From positions 64,001-128,000 of the forward strand of contig CAWHDT010000007.1 in NCBI GenBank assembly GCA_963828195.1: a stretch of DNA of 64,000 nucleotides. Reading direction: 5' to 3'. This DNA comes from Candidatus Bathyarchaeota archaeon. Its GTDB lineage: Archaea > Thermoproteota > Bathyarchaeia > Bathyarchaeales > Bathycorpusculaceae. Positions 8,635-19,023 of this stretch are shown one piece after another; position 1 is the stretch's first letter; each line of letters begins with the position of its first letter. A program made the translations under genes and the position numbers. The notes below the pieces were generated by a model, which saw only the letters and a list, made by a program, of their open reading frames with translations, was not told the DNA's origin and ran no database searches.

Positions 8635-10313
8635 TTTTTATCCTCCATAGTGTTATTTGGGGAACCATTTTTGTCGGGATAATCAACTGGCTTTTCTGCA
8701 GTTTTACAAGTACCATCTTTACACCAGTACCAGCGGTCCTCCCGCGTTTCTTGAGGCAGATTATCTTCTGCGTGAACGGCGTTGTCAGTGGAGTTAGCTG
8801 TCTGAGTTGCTGTCGAACCATGGTAGTTCTGAGTCCACTCCAGCTCTTGAGCATCCCACGGATTAGCGTTGGGCATCGCAGGTTTTCTCAAGCTTAAAAT
8901 CAAATTCAAAACTGCTAGCGCCGCAGCGGGACCAAATATGTAAGCGCCGAAAGTGGCAATTAAGTTTAGGTTTGCAAAACCTGAAGCAACAGTGTAGGTT
9001 TGTATTCTTCTGGGCATGTCTAAGAGAAAGAAATAGGGGAAATACAGAATGTTGAAGCTTATGAAGGCCACAACGAAAGTTATGACTCCGAATGTTTCGT
9101 TGGGTTTTCTTTTAGTGATTTTCGGCCACCAATAATAGAGGCCAGCCAATAACGCAAAAAGGGTTGTTCCAGCCATCACATAGTGGAAGTGACCTACTAT
9201 CCAGTAAGTTCCGTTAAACGCATAGTCCAAAACTGGGAATGCCTGCAGAACTCCTGTTATTCCGCCCAGAGTTACAGTGAAAATGGCTGCTAAACAGTAC
9301 AGCATCGAGGTGTTCAGTGTAATTTTGCCTTTGTACAGAGTTAGCACTAGGGCAAGAACCAGCCCTTCAAAGGGCACAGAAATAGCCAACGTAGTGAAAG
9401 AGAACGTTTGCAAAACGCTGTAGTTTACGCCAGTTGTGTACATGTGGTGCATCCAGACGCCCATACTTAGAAAAGTCACGGCTGCAAATTCGATGAGGAA
9501 CACGTTTTTTGAGAATATGGGTTTCTTTGCGAACGTTTGGAAGACTTCGGCGATTACTCCTAATGCTGGGAAGACGACTATGTACACTTCAGGGTGCCCG
9601 AAAAACCAGAAAAGCTCATCCCACAAGATGCCGCCGCCTTGGGTTGAACTGAAGAACACTGTACCAAGAAACCGATCGCTCGAAAGAAGTAAGAGTCCTG
9701 CTGCTAAAGGCGGGAACGCGAAGAGCGCCAGCGCCATCGTGAAGACGATTGACCATGTGAACAGCGGCAACCGCCTCCAAGTTACTCCTTTGGCTCGTTT
9801 TATGGCGATGGTGGTGAGAAAGTTAATTGAGCTCATAGTTATGGAAAGAGCCAGAAGCAAGATTCCAAGCACCGCCAAAGTCATTCCTGGTTGAGGCGTG
9901 AACTCTATGGTGTTCAGAGGCGCGTAGAGCGTCCAGCCAGTGTTTGGTCCGCCGCCTGGCAGAAAAACGGTGCTTACCATCATTATGCCGCTGAAAAGGT
10001 AAGTCCAGTAGCTTGTCGCATTCATGCGCGGGAACGCGAGATCCTTTGCACCTATTTGAAGTGGCACAATATAATTTGCAATTCCGGCGCCGAGAGGTGT
10101 GAGGACCCAAAGTATCATTAATAGGCCATGCAAGGTAACGGTTTGCTCGTAAGTGGAGGGCTGGAGAAAATTGTTCATTGGAACGGCAAGCTGGGTTCTC
10201 ATCATTTCTCCAAACATGCCTGCTATAGCCATGAAGAATATGGCTGTTACAATGTATAGAATGCCTATCTGCTTATGGTTAGTTGTGGTTAACCATTCTT
10301 TGATTGAAAAAAC
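8631..10313 (-). CDS. coxA: Heme-copper oxygen reductase subunit I, A1 type; start uncertain (about 10304-10313)
   Basis: Six His ligands (LHG, GHPEVY, WMHHM, GHFHY); [11 protein letters not shown]; frame stays open upstream of ATG 10232 through conserved [14 protein letters not shown]. Confidence 0.95.
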   Translation of the reverse strand, partial: VFSIKEWLTTTNHKQIGILYIVTAIFFMAIAGMFGEMMRTQLAVPMNNFLQPSTYEQTVTLHGLLMILWVLTPLGAGIANYIVPLQIGAKDLAFPRMNATSYWTYLFSGIMMVSTVFLPGGGPNTGWTLYAPLNTIEFTPQPGMTLAVLGILLLALSITMSSINFLTTIAIKRAKGVTWRRLPLFTWSIVFTMALALFAFPPLAAGLLLLSSDRFLGTVFFSSTQGGGILWDELFWFFGHPEVYIVVFPALGVIAEVFQTFAKKPIFSKNVFLIEFAAVTFLSMGVWMHHMYTTGVNYSVLQTFSFTTLAISVPFEGLVLALVLTLYKGKITLNTSMLYCLAAIFTVTLGGITGVLQAFPVLDYAFNGTYWIVGHFHYVMAGTTLFALLAGLYYWWPKITKRKPNETFGVITFVVAFISFNILYFPYFFLLDMPRRIQTYTVASGFANLNLIATFGAYIFGPAAALAVLNLILSLRKPAMPNANPWDAQELEWTQNYHGSTATQTANSTDNAVHAEDNLPQETREDRWYWCKDGTCKTAEKPVDYPDKNGSPNNTMEDKN

Positions 10314-10320
10314 CGCCCTT

Positions 10321-10995
10321 TTAGCCTCCTGAATTTGATGCGCTTATAGCCAATTGGGTGGCAAGCCACTGATTATATTCGGTTTGATTAACAACAAGCA
10401 TTGTTGCATCCATGAAAGTGTGTCCGACGCCGCAAAGTTCTTTGCACTCGATGTTGTACGTGCAAACTTGGTTTCCAGTTACCGCTGGCGTTGTTATCCA
10501 TAAAATGTTGTATCTGCCAGGTATCGCCTCTATGCTTACCTTGAACTCTTCCAGGTAAAAGTTATGCATAACGTCTGCGCTTGTAACGTTAAACATTACA
10601 GGGGTGTTTCCAGGCAAAGTCATGTTATCTTGGGTTATAACGCCCTCTGGATACCCAAAATTGAAACCCCATTGAAAGCAAGTTACGTCAATTACCAAAC
10701 TTTTGGAGACTCCAGCTGGCTCAAAGCGTGGATTAGGAGTAAGGCTGTAGGATGCCGCGACCAAACTGACCAATATTATAATGGAGATTGAGGCAAAAAT
10801 CAAGCTCTCTCTGGGGCGGCTTTTTTTCAAGCTGAAGTCTGGAATAGATTTGGCTTGCCCTTTTCGTTCGCGGTATTTTACTATAAAAAAAATCATTGCG
10901 CCTATAACAATCGCCAACGCAATTAACGCTGTGGTAGCGGCTAAATCGAAGAAATGATTCCAATCTGAAGCCGAAACTGGTATTGGTTGTGACAT
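10321..10995 (-). CDS. coxB: Heme-copper oxidase subunit II with CuA site
   Basis: Two TM helices, FQWGF, DVMHNF, CKELCGVGHTFM; no fused cytochrome c. Confidence 0.95.
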   Translation of the reverse strand: MSQPIPVSASDWNHFFDLAATTALIALAIVIGAMIFFIVKYRERKGQAKSIPDFSLKKSRPRESLIFASISIIILVSLVAASYSLTPNPRFEPAGVSKSLVIDVTCFQWGFNFGYPEGVITQDNMTLPGNTPVMFNVTSADVMHNFYLEEFKVSIEAIPGRYNILWITTPAVTGNQVCTYNIECKELCGVGHTFMDATMLVVNQTEYNQWLATQLAISASNSGG

Positions 10996-11302
10996 ACGAA
11001 ACTCCTAATTTGGAAGTCAAAAATCAAAGTAAAGCCAGGATTGACGTGGAACCCATAAGCTTATTGAAAAGCTACTAAGTTACCGCATGTACCCAGTTTA
11101 CAAGTACTAATCAGAAAAGTTTGGGGTTTAAAGCTGTGTGGCTAGCTTAGTACAGTCACAAGTTATGACTTGCTACTTTGGTTATTGTTACCACTCGGCA
11201 GTCTACATGCCAAGCGTAGAGCTAAAAAGCTTGTAAGGATAGAGTTTCAAAACTCTTTTATGATGACGCCCTCTTCCGTGGCGTTCGGCTGTTGAACTCG
11301 TA

Positions 11303-12229
11303 TTATTTTATTGACCTGTTACATCCGGGGCAAAAGACGGTATCCTTCTCAATTGGAGAGTTGCAGTGCTTGCACATGGATTTTGAAAAATGCGTTAGCC
11401 CCGAAGGCGAGGTTCCGTGAGCTTCTGCTTCTTTTCTTGCTTTGCGAGCCCCATCGATTCTTCCCGCAAATAACGTTGCTGTTTCAAACACAAAAACAAA
11501 CGGCGCAAGCATGATTAAGCCAGTGATAGGGGTTGGGTCTGGGCCAAAAATCCAGATTAACATCAAGATTGCCACGTAGATGATAATTTTGTTTCTGCCT
11601 CTCAAAAACTTCATTGGAAAAACTCCCACATGAACCAGCATAACAATAAAGACGGGGATGGTGTAGAAAACGCCGCAAATTATGAACAGGGTAAAAATCC
11701 AGTTGTAGAAATCTTTGATGAAAAACAGTGGCATTGATCCGCCTTGCAATGTAAAATACATCAATATTCTGAATGAAATTGGAACTACCAGGAAATATGC
11801 CATAGTTGCCCCTAATGACAGGGTGCCAATGAACGCTCCTAAGTAGTATCCGAGAACTTTCTTTTCGTTAGCATAAAGTGCAGGTTTAACGAAAGCAATG
11901 ATTTCATAGAATATTACTGGGGAAGCCAACAGCAATCCAATAATAATTGACAAGTACGCCATAACAAACACGGTGTCAGCCATACCGCCAGCAATCAGCG
12001 TCGCGTGGCTAGGAAGAAAAACCGCCTTAATCCTAAGCATAACAAGCGATAGAAGCGGCTGATAATCTCCAAATGGGCTAGTTATCCCAGCTATGCTGGT
12101 CGGCAACCAACCGATAGAGATTGTAACTACAAGAGTAATTAACACTACTTTGCCGCGGCGCACCAGCTCATCGACATGCTCCCAGAAACTTAAAGCCCAA
12201 CCCTTAATTGACGCAGATTCAGTACTCAT
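11303..12229 (-). CDS. tatC: Twin-arginine translocase TatC with C-terminal zinc ribbon
   Basis: SFWEHVDEL, FVKPALY..EK, GPDP; tail CKHC...FCPGC. Confidence 0.88.
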   Translation of the reverse strand: MSTESASIKGWALSFWEHVDELVRRGKVVLITLVVTISIGWLPTSIAGITSPFGDYQPLLSLVMLRIKAVFLPSHATLIAGGMADTVFVMAYLSIIIGLLLASPVIFYEIIAFVKPALYANEKKVLGYYLGAFIGTLSLGATMAYFLVVPISFRILMYFTLQGGSMPLFFIKDFYNWIFTLFIICGVFYTIPVFIVMLVHVGVFPMKFLRGRNKIIIYVAILMLIWIFGPDPTPITGLIMLAPFVFVFETATLFAGRIDGARKARKEAEAHGTSPSGLTHFSKSMCKHCNSPIEKDTVFCPGCNRSIK

Positions 12230-12411
12230 AGTTATTCAAACCTTGAAACAAGTAGAGAGCGACGCGCCATCGCTTGTAGCAACCTTCGCGGTGACAAACT
12301 ATATGTTAATTAACGAACCATAAAACAAAAAGTGGGAGCCGAGCTTAACCGCTCCTTGAAAATTTATTGTTTCATCTGCCTTTTTACCCGAAAAAGAAAA
12401 CAACGAAGCGT

Positions 12412-12750
12412 TTATGCTGCGCTTAACAGTTTAACTTTCACGGATATGTCGTTGGATATTTCTTCTCTGGTTTTGCCGTCGGTTGAAATTCCAAGTCTCT
12501 GCGCAGTTTCAAGCAATATTTCATCTTTAGTCTTTATTGTTGTTGCAAGTTTAGGCGCAGCGGCGGCTCCAACTGTGGCTGTTGCTGCTGACCCTGTGCT
12601 AGCTGCATCCATGAATTCTTTCTGTGCATTCGCAAATTCACCTTTAGCCCTGCCTAATGCTCGGGCAAACTCTGGAATCTTTGCTGGACCCCACATTATA
12701 ATCACAATGGCAACAATACCGACGATAATCAGTTCCCATCCATCAAGCAT
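12412..12750 (-). CDS. tatA: Twin-arginine translocase TatA/E
   Basis: GWELII...WGPAKIPEFARALGRAKGEF. Confidence 0.9.
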   Translation of the reverse strand: MLDGWELIIVGIVAIVIIMWGPAKIPEFARALGRAKGEFANAQKEFMDAASTGSAATATVGAAAAPKLATTIKTKDEILLETAQRLGISTDGKTREEISNDISVKVKLLSAA

Positions 12751-12872
12751 TCTAAAAAATCTCCTTTCTTCTTATTGTAATTAAACCTCTAGAAATAAAG
12801 TTCATAAATACATTTGTTGGTGTGAGTTAACAACCACAATCGATTGCTAGGCTGGCTATTTAAGCAAGATTT

Positions 12873-13466
12873 TCAGGTTGACAGAAGAAATAATCCAATT
12901 TCTGCAAAAAGGTTTGGCAGCAATCTGACCGCGCGGTTTTTTCTTACAAATGCCGAAGCTTCAATACAGATGTTATTTTTTCGGCAATACTCTTTGAAGT
13001 CGGCGATGCTTAAGAAATGCAGGTTTGGCGTGTCATACCATTCGTAAGGCAACGCTTTGGTGACTGGGACTCTTCCTTTGAAGAATATTTGGAGCCTGGC
13101 TGGGGCTTGCACGAAGTTTGGGAAGCTGACAATGACCTTTTTTCCCACGCGCCGAGCCTCTTTCAGGGCGAAATCTGGTTTTTTCACTTGCTGCAGTGTC
13201 TGGTTTAATATGACGTAGTCGAATGAGTTGTCTGCGTATTCGGAGAGGCCTGTATCTATGTCTTGTTGAAAAACGCTTAATCCTTGAGCTATACATCGAT
13301 GAATGGCGATTTCGCTTAGTTCTATGCCCTGAGCGTGCACATGCTTTTCTTTTATGAGAAGAGCTAAAAGTTCTCCGTCGCCGCATCCAAGATCAAGCAC
13401 GGAAGAGCTGCCGCTAACCCATTTTAGGATGATCTCGTGCTCTGCTTTTCCCGTTGCCTGACTCAC
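12873..13466 (-). CDS. metW: Methionine biosynthesis protein MetW
   Basis: [32 protein letters not shown]; follows metX. Confidence 0.92.
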   Translation of the reverse strand: MSQATGKAEHEIILKWVSGSSSVLDLGCGDGELLALLIKEKHVHAQGIELSEIAIHRCIAQGLSVFQQDIDTGLSEYADNSFDYVILNQTLQQVKKPDFALKEARRVGKKVIVSFPNFVQAPARLQIFFKGRVPVTKALPYEWYDTPNLHFLSIADFKEYCRKNNICIEASAFVRKNRAVRLLPNLFAEIGLFLLST

Positions 13467-14593
13467 TGCTTGTCACCATAATGTCCGTTTGACGCTGTGT
13501 TGAGGAAATGCTTGATCAGCTGGGTTTCTTGCTCTGTTTCTAAAAGGAATGCGTCGTGACCGTATGTTGAGTTTATGTCGCAATAAGTGGTGTCGACCCC
13601 CGCGAGTTTACAGGCTTTCACGATTTCCAGAGACTGATAGGAGGGATACAGCCAATCTGACTTGAAGGATATTACGAGCACTTTTGCCTTTAATTCTGCA
13701 AAGACGCTGGAGAGGCTTCTGCCATTTTGAAGGTTGAAGTAATCTATGGCTTTGGTAATGTATAGATACGAGTTAGCGTCGAAACGTTTGACAAAGTTGT
13801 CGCCTCGATAATGCAAGTAGCCTTCAACCTCAAACTCGGCGCCGAACTTGAAGGGCTCCTTGTCTTCTTTTAGGCGTCTTCCGAATTTTTCAGCCATTGA
13901 GGCATCACTCATGTATGTTATGTGTCCGATCATCCGCGCCAAAGCTAAGCCCTTCGCCGGAGCCGTGGAGCCATAATAATGCCCATTCATCCAGTCGGGG
14001 TCCGCCATAATCGCTTGGCGACCAACCTCATTGAAAGCTATCTGCTGAGGCGTATGCTTCAACGTTGTTGCGATTGGTATTGCAGACCTTATTCTTTCGG
14101 GATGAGAAACCATCCATTGGAGAACTTGCATACCGCCCATTGAACCGCCTATGACGGAGAGAAGTTTCCCTATGCCTAAATGGTCGATTAGGCGAACTTG
14201 AGCGTTCACCATGTCGCCAATTGAAATTAGGGGAAAATCGGTGCCGTAGGGCGTGCAAGTTTTAGGATTAATAGAGGATGGACCAGTTGAACCCTGGCAC
14301 CCGCCGATGACGTTGGAGCAGATTACGAAATACTTGTTTGTATCCAAGCCTTTGCCTGGACCAATTAAGCTGTCCCACCAGCCGTAGGCTCCAGCGGCGT
14401 GGGCGTCCCCGGTGAGAGCGTGAAGCACAAGAACTGCATTTGATTTTTGCGGGTTAAGTTCGCCATAAGTTTCGTAGGCGAGCGTTATGGGACCGAGTTT
14501 TTCGCCTGATTCAATAGATAGTTCCTCAGGCGGCTTAGCGAATGCAAAGTGCTTTATTTCAGATAATTGAAGCGTTGGGTTAATTTTTGCTAA
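13463..14593 (-). CDS. metX: Homoserine O-acetyltransferase; true start lies upstream of the track ORF (non-canonical, about 14584-14593)
   Basis: HALTGD, GGSMGG, DWLYP, YGHDAFL; the frame continues upstream through [20 protein letters not shown]. Confidence 0.92.
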   Translation of the reverse strand, partial: LAKINPTLQLSEIKHFAFAKPPEELSIESGEKLGPITLAYETYGELNPQKSNAVLVLHALTGDAHAAGAYGWWDSLIGPGKGLDTNKYFVICSNVIGGCQGSTGPSSINPKTCTPYGTDFPLISIGDMVNAQVRLIDHLGIGKLLSVIGGSMGGMQVLQWMVSHPERIRSAIPIATTLKHTPQQIAFNEVGRQAIMADPDWMNGHYYGSTAPAKGLALARMIGHITYMSDASMAEKFGRRLKEDKEPFKFGAEFEVEGYLHYRGDNFVKRFDANSYLYITKAIDYFNLQNGRSLSSVFAELKAKVLVISFKSDWLYPSYQSLEIVKACKLAGVDTTYCDINSTYGHDAFLLETEQETQLIKHFLNTASNGHYGDKQ

Positions 14594-14620
14594 ATTAGGT
14601 GCCCTCCAAAAAAGCGTTGA

Positions 14621-15952
<1,332 letters not shown>

Positions 15953-16039
15953 TCAAAACATCCGATAACGCCGTTATATGCTTTTTTGTAAGTATTATTC
16001 CAAAAAGAATATTAGACAAACAAATCAACTAAATACAAC

Positions 16040-16594
16040 ATGTTTCCCACACTAGAAGACATCGCCAAACGTAGAAGACAATTAGGTCTAAAACAGTCAG
16101 AACTAGCCGAAATGGCAGGCGTAAGCCAATCCTTAATCGCCAAACTGGAAGCAGGAACCATCGATTCATCCTACACAAAAGTCAAAACAATCTTCGACGT
16201 CCTCGAACGGCTAGAAGCCAAAACAAAAATCCAAGAACGAAAAATCGTACCTAACGAGATCATCAGCATACAGAAAGACGAACCACTATCAAAAGTTGTC
16301 AAACTAATGAAAGAGCACGGTTACTCACAGATCCCTGTGTTTAACGGCAAACAGTCTGTCGGAAGCGTTTCGGAAAAAACCATTCTGCGCCAGATTTTGG
16401 CGGGCAAAGATTTAGATCAAATTTCCAACTTGCCAACCGAAGATATAATGGAAGAAGCTTTTCCACAGGTCAGTGAAGATGCGCCGCTTTCGCTGATTTC
16501 TAGTCTTTTGCAGACTTATCAAGCGGTTTTGATGGCGAAAAAAGGATCTGTAGTGGGCATAGTCACCAAAGCCGATTTATTGAGAATGTTATAG
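16040..16594 (+). CDS. XRE-HTH plus CBS-pair transcriptional regulator
   Basis: LGLKQSELAEMAGVSQSLIAKLE; two CBS domains (YSQIPV, GIVTKADLL). Confidence 0.88.
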   Translation: MFPTLEDIAKRRRQLGLKQSELAEMAGVSQSLIAKLEAGTIDSSYTKVKTIFDVLERLEAKTKIQERKIVPNEIISIQKDEPLSKVVKLMKEHGYSQIPVFNGKQSVGSVSEKTILRQILAGKDLDQISNLPTEDIMEEAFPQVSEDAPLSLISSLLQTYQAVLMAKKGSVVGIVTKADLLRML

Positions 16595-16776
16595 TTGATC
16601 CATAAAGGTGCCGCGTCATCAGACCGCCAGTAACTTCGTCTTAAAAGAAAAACTATGATGTTTTTCATCAACTTCTAAGCAATCCCGACTGAACATATTT
16701 ACGTCACTTCTGTTTACTTGATCGTTTTTAAAGCGACAGGACAGAATCAGGCATGATTTCAAATGGGGAATGAAAG

Positions 16777-17358
16777 ATGAATTTAGGCTTTGACATTGAT
16801 GGAGTAATCGCCGATTTCTCACAGGCACTTCTTGAAACGATAAAGAAAAATTACGGTTTAGCCCTAAATAAAACGGACATTTACTGTTTTGACTTAAACG
16901 TTGTTTTGGGGATAACCAAGTCGGAAGGAAAGCAGCTTATAATTGAAGTTTTACAGAAAGATTTGCCGTTAAATACGGGCGCAAAAGAAACGTTAGAACA
17001 GTTAAGCCGAGAAGGCCACAGCATCTATCTTCTAACAAGCAGATACGACGTTCTCCGAGACATAACGCAGTCTTGGCTAAAAGAAAAAGGTGTACCATAC
17101 ACTCAGCTTCATCTTTTAAACGTGGGTGAAAAGTACCTTGCAAAAGTCGAGCCGTTAGATTTAATCGTGGAAGATTCACTTGAAGAAGCATTAGGGTGGA
17201 CCCAAAAAGTCAAAAATGTTCTTGTTTACGATCAACCATGGAACAAAACATTAAACGTTAAAAACCTAACCAAACGAGTTTACAATTGGGACGAAATATA
17301 CGATGAAGTACAACAATTAAAGCGAGAAACCATTAAAAAAAGGTTAAAGGAAAATTAA
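16777..17358 (+). CDS. HAD-superfamily 5'(3')-deoxyribonucleotidase-like protein
   Basis: FDIDGVIAD, LTSR, IVEDS, QPWN. Confidence 0.8.
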   Translation: MNLGFDIDGVIADFSQALLETIKKNYGLALNKTDIYCFDLNVVLGITKSEGKQLIIEVLQKDLPLNTGAKETLEQLSREGHSIYLLTSRYDVLRDITQSWLKEKGVPYTQLHLLNVGEKYLAKVEPLDLIVEDSLEEALGWTQKVKNVLVYDQPWNKTLNVKNLTKRVYNWDEIYDEVQQLKRETIKKRLKEN

Positions 17359-17434
17359 TTAGAAAAAATATTGACAAACAATTTTTGCCATTTAATTTAT
17401 TAAGGTATAATGCTGTTATAATTGCTGAATCAAA

Positions 17435-17782
17435 ATGGGTGCTCGATGCGAAACCATAGGAAAATACGTGCTTCCATTCTTCAGGTCCCTTGTCGCCAAA
17501 GAACTCATTAACACTTACCATTTAACGCAGGTTGAAGCGGCAAAAAAACTAAAAACAACCCAAGCAGCAGTAAGCCAATACATAAACTCCAAACGCGCCA
17601 TCAAAGGCACCGAACAATTCACCGATGTTCTCCCCAAAATCCAGGCAGAAGCCAAAGAAACCGCTAAGCGCCTCGCAAACCAAAAGACAACTTGGGACGA
17701 AGTGACACTTGACTTCTGCAAGCTTTGCTCCACTTTTTACGTGTCGGAAGAAAACACAACAGGCGACAGCTACACAATATAG
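17435..17782 (+). CDS. Archaeal HTH transcriptional regulator with Cys motifs
   Basis: CE..GKYVLP..RSLVAKEL, LTQVEAAKKLKTTQAAVSQYI, FCKLC. Confidence 0.8.
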   Translation: MGARCETIGKYVLPFFRSLVAKELINTYHLTQVEAAKKLKTTQAAVSQYINSKRAIKGTEQFTDVLPKIQAEAKETAKRLANQKTTWDEVTLDFCKLCSTFYVSEENTTGDSYTI

Positions 17783-18093
17783 CAGATCAAAAAGCCAGTA
17801 GGCTATTACTCGAAAAAATTAAAATATAAGAAGTTTGAACTGACGTTTTTCTATTGGAACGGTTTTATCGTGACTTTTCTCTTAGACAATGGCTTGTTGG
17901 ACCCAAAAGAATTCTTCTGAAGTTAGCCTAAAACATGAAGTAAAATGAAGGTATGTGACTGCACGGTTAAGCCAACATTGCGCTGGAGTGATGGAGTGAT
18001 TTGTTGTTGTGCTGGACAGGTGCACAGTTCAAATCAACATTAATAATGTTTATTAAGACTCACTACACACTCGGTTATTCGGGGAAACAAAAA

Positions 18094-18726
18094 ATGAATG
18101 AAAAATTACAAGAAAGCGCACAATCACTAAAATGCTTCAACAACATAGAAGTCGAAGCATTCAGACTATACGAAACCTTAGCCAAAAAAATCAATCCTCC
18201 AGAAAGCAGCTTCATTCTATCCTTAGCCTACGACAGCCTGAAAAACGCAAAAATTCTCCAAGGAATAATCGAGTACATGGACCTGCCAGACACCGACATG
18301 AACTGCAAAAAAAACCTGACAGAGTTAGCAAGCAGCATCACCCAATTCACCAAACGACTATCCAAAACTAACAACCTGAATTACGAGATTTCATGCGAAA
18401 TACTAAAAGAATTAACCGATATGGAGGATCAATTAAGCGAAGTCTACACCAACTACGCGCAATCTGCCGCAGTTAAAATCGTCGCCGACGAATTTTCGAA
18501 ACTGGCTTTGAACCTGAGCAATTTCAAAAAAATCTTTGAAAACTTCGTAGAGCAAAAACAGAAGCACCGAGAAACCCTCATCGAAATCATATACTGCTTC
18601 GAAGCGAAAGAATCCGAGAGACTCCGCACCCAAGCGCCAACATTCAAATACAAAAACCCAGATGCTTGGATCCACGAATCCACAATGCACTCTTTTGCGG
18701 CCACACAAGTCAAAGAAAACGTTTGA
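18094..18726 (+). CDS. Hypothetical helical protein, ferritin/rubrerythrin-like
   Basis: IEVEAFRLYETLAKKI and MEDQLSEVY helical repeats; metal ligands look degenerate; ATG 18094 preferred. Confidence 0.5.
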   Translation: MNEKLQESAQSLKCFNNIEVEAFRLYETLAKKINPPESSFILSLAYDSLKNAKILQGIIEYMDLPDTDMNCKKNLTELASSITQFTKRLSKTNNLNYEISCEILKELTDMEDQLSEVYTNYAQSAAVKIVADEFSKLALNLSNFKKIFENFVEQKQKHRETLIEIIYCFEAKESERLRTQAPTFKYKNPDAWIHESTMHSFAATQVKENV

Positions 18727-18830
18727 GAAAAAGATTCGAGCTTACCAGTGACTCTGAGCCGCTGGTAGTTCGGGTCAAATAACTCACATTTTTAATTTTG
18801 CAATCCCGTACCGCAAAATATAGGCTGGGT

Positions 18831-19007
18831 CTACTCTTCGCCGTACCCGTGTTCTATTCTGCCGTGAGTTTTTTGGTAATAGGACGCGTGGTCTGCTTTG
18901 TTCTCGCCAAAGCTTTTCATGTGCTTTTCCAAGTCAGCTTTGGTTAAGAAAATGCAGGCGCAGTGCGGGCACCTGTAACATTGGTTGTTGTTTTTTTCTT
19001 CAGCCAT
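18831..19007 (-). CDS. Small (58 aa) C2H2-like zinc-finger protein, absent from the ORF track
   Basis: Manual translation MAEEKNNNQCYRCPHCACIFLTKADLEKHMKSFGENKADHASYYQKTHGRIEHGYGEE*; starts 16 bp after the ileS stop. Confidence 0.7.
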   Translation of the reverse strand: MAEEKNNNQCYRCPHCACIFLTKADLEKHMKSFGENKADHASYYQKTHGRIEHGYGEE

Positions 19008-19023
19008 ACTTTTCCGCTCTTAA

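Noticed and set aside
8631-10313. Nitric oxide reductase or quinol oxidase
   Set aside because: HPEVY Tyr, D-channel residues, subunit III and a CuA-containing subunit II indicate an A-family O2 reductase with a metalloprotein donor
12332-12784. 150-aa plus-strand ORF and similar long antisense ORFs (9436, 20833, 53159, 56420 and others)
   Set aside because: Shadows of well-supported genes on the opposite strand, with no motifs of their own
18744-18768. TACCAGTG...CGCTGGTA hairpin as an ncRNA
   Set aside because: Short stem between convergent genes; most simply a terminator-like element
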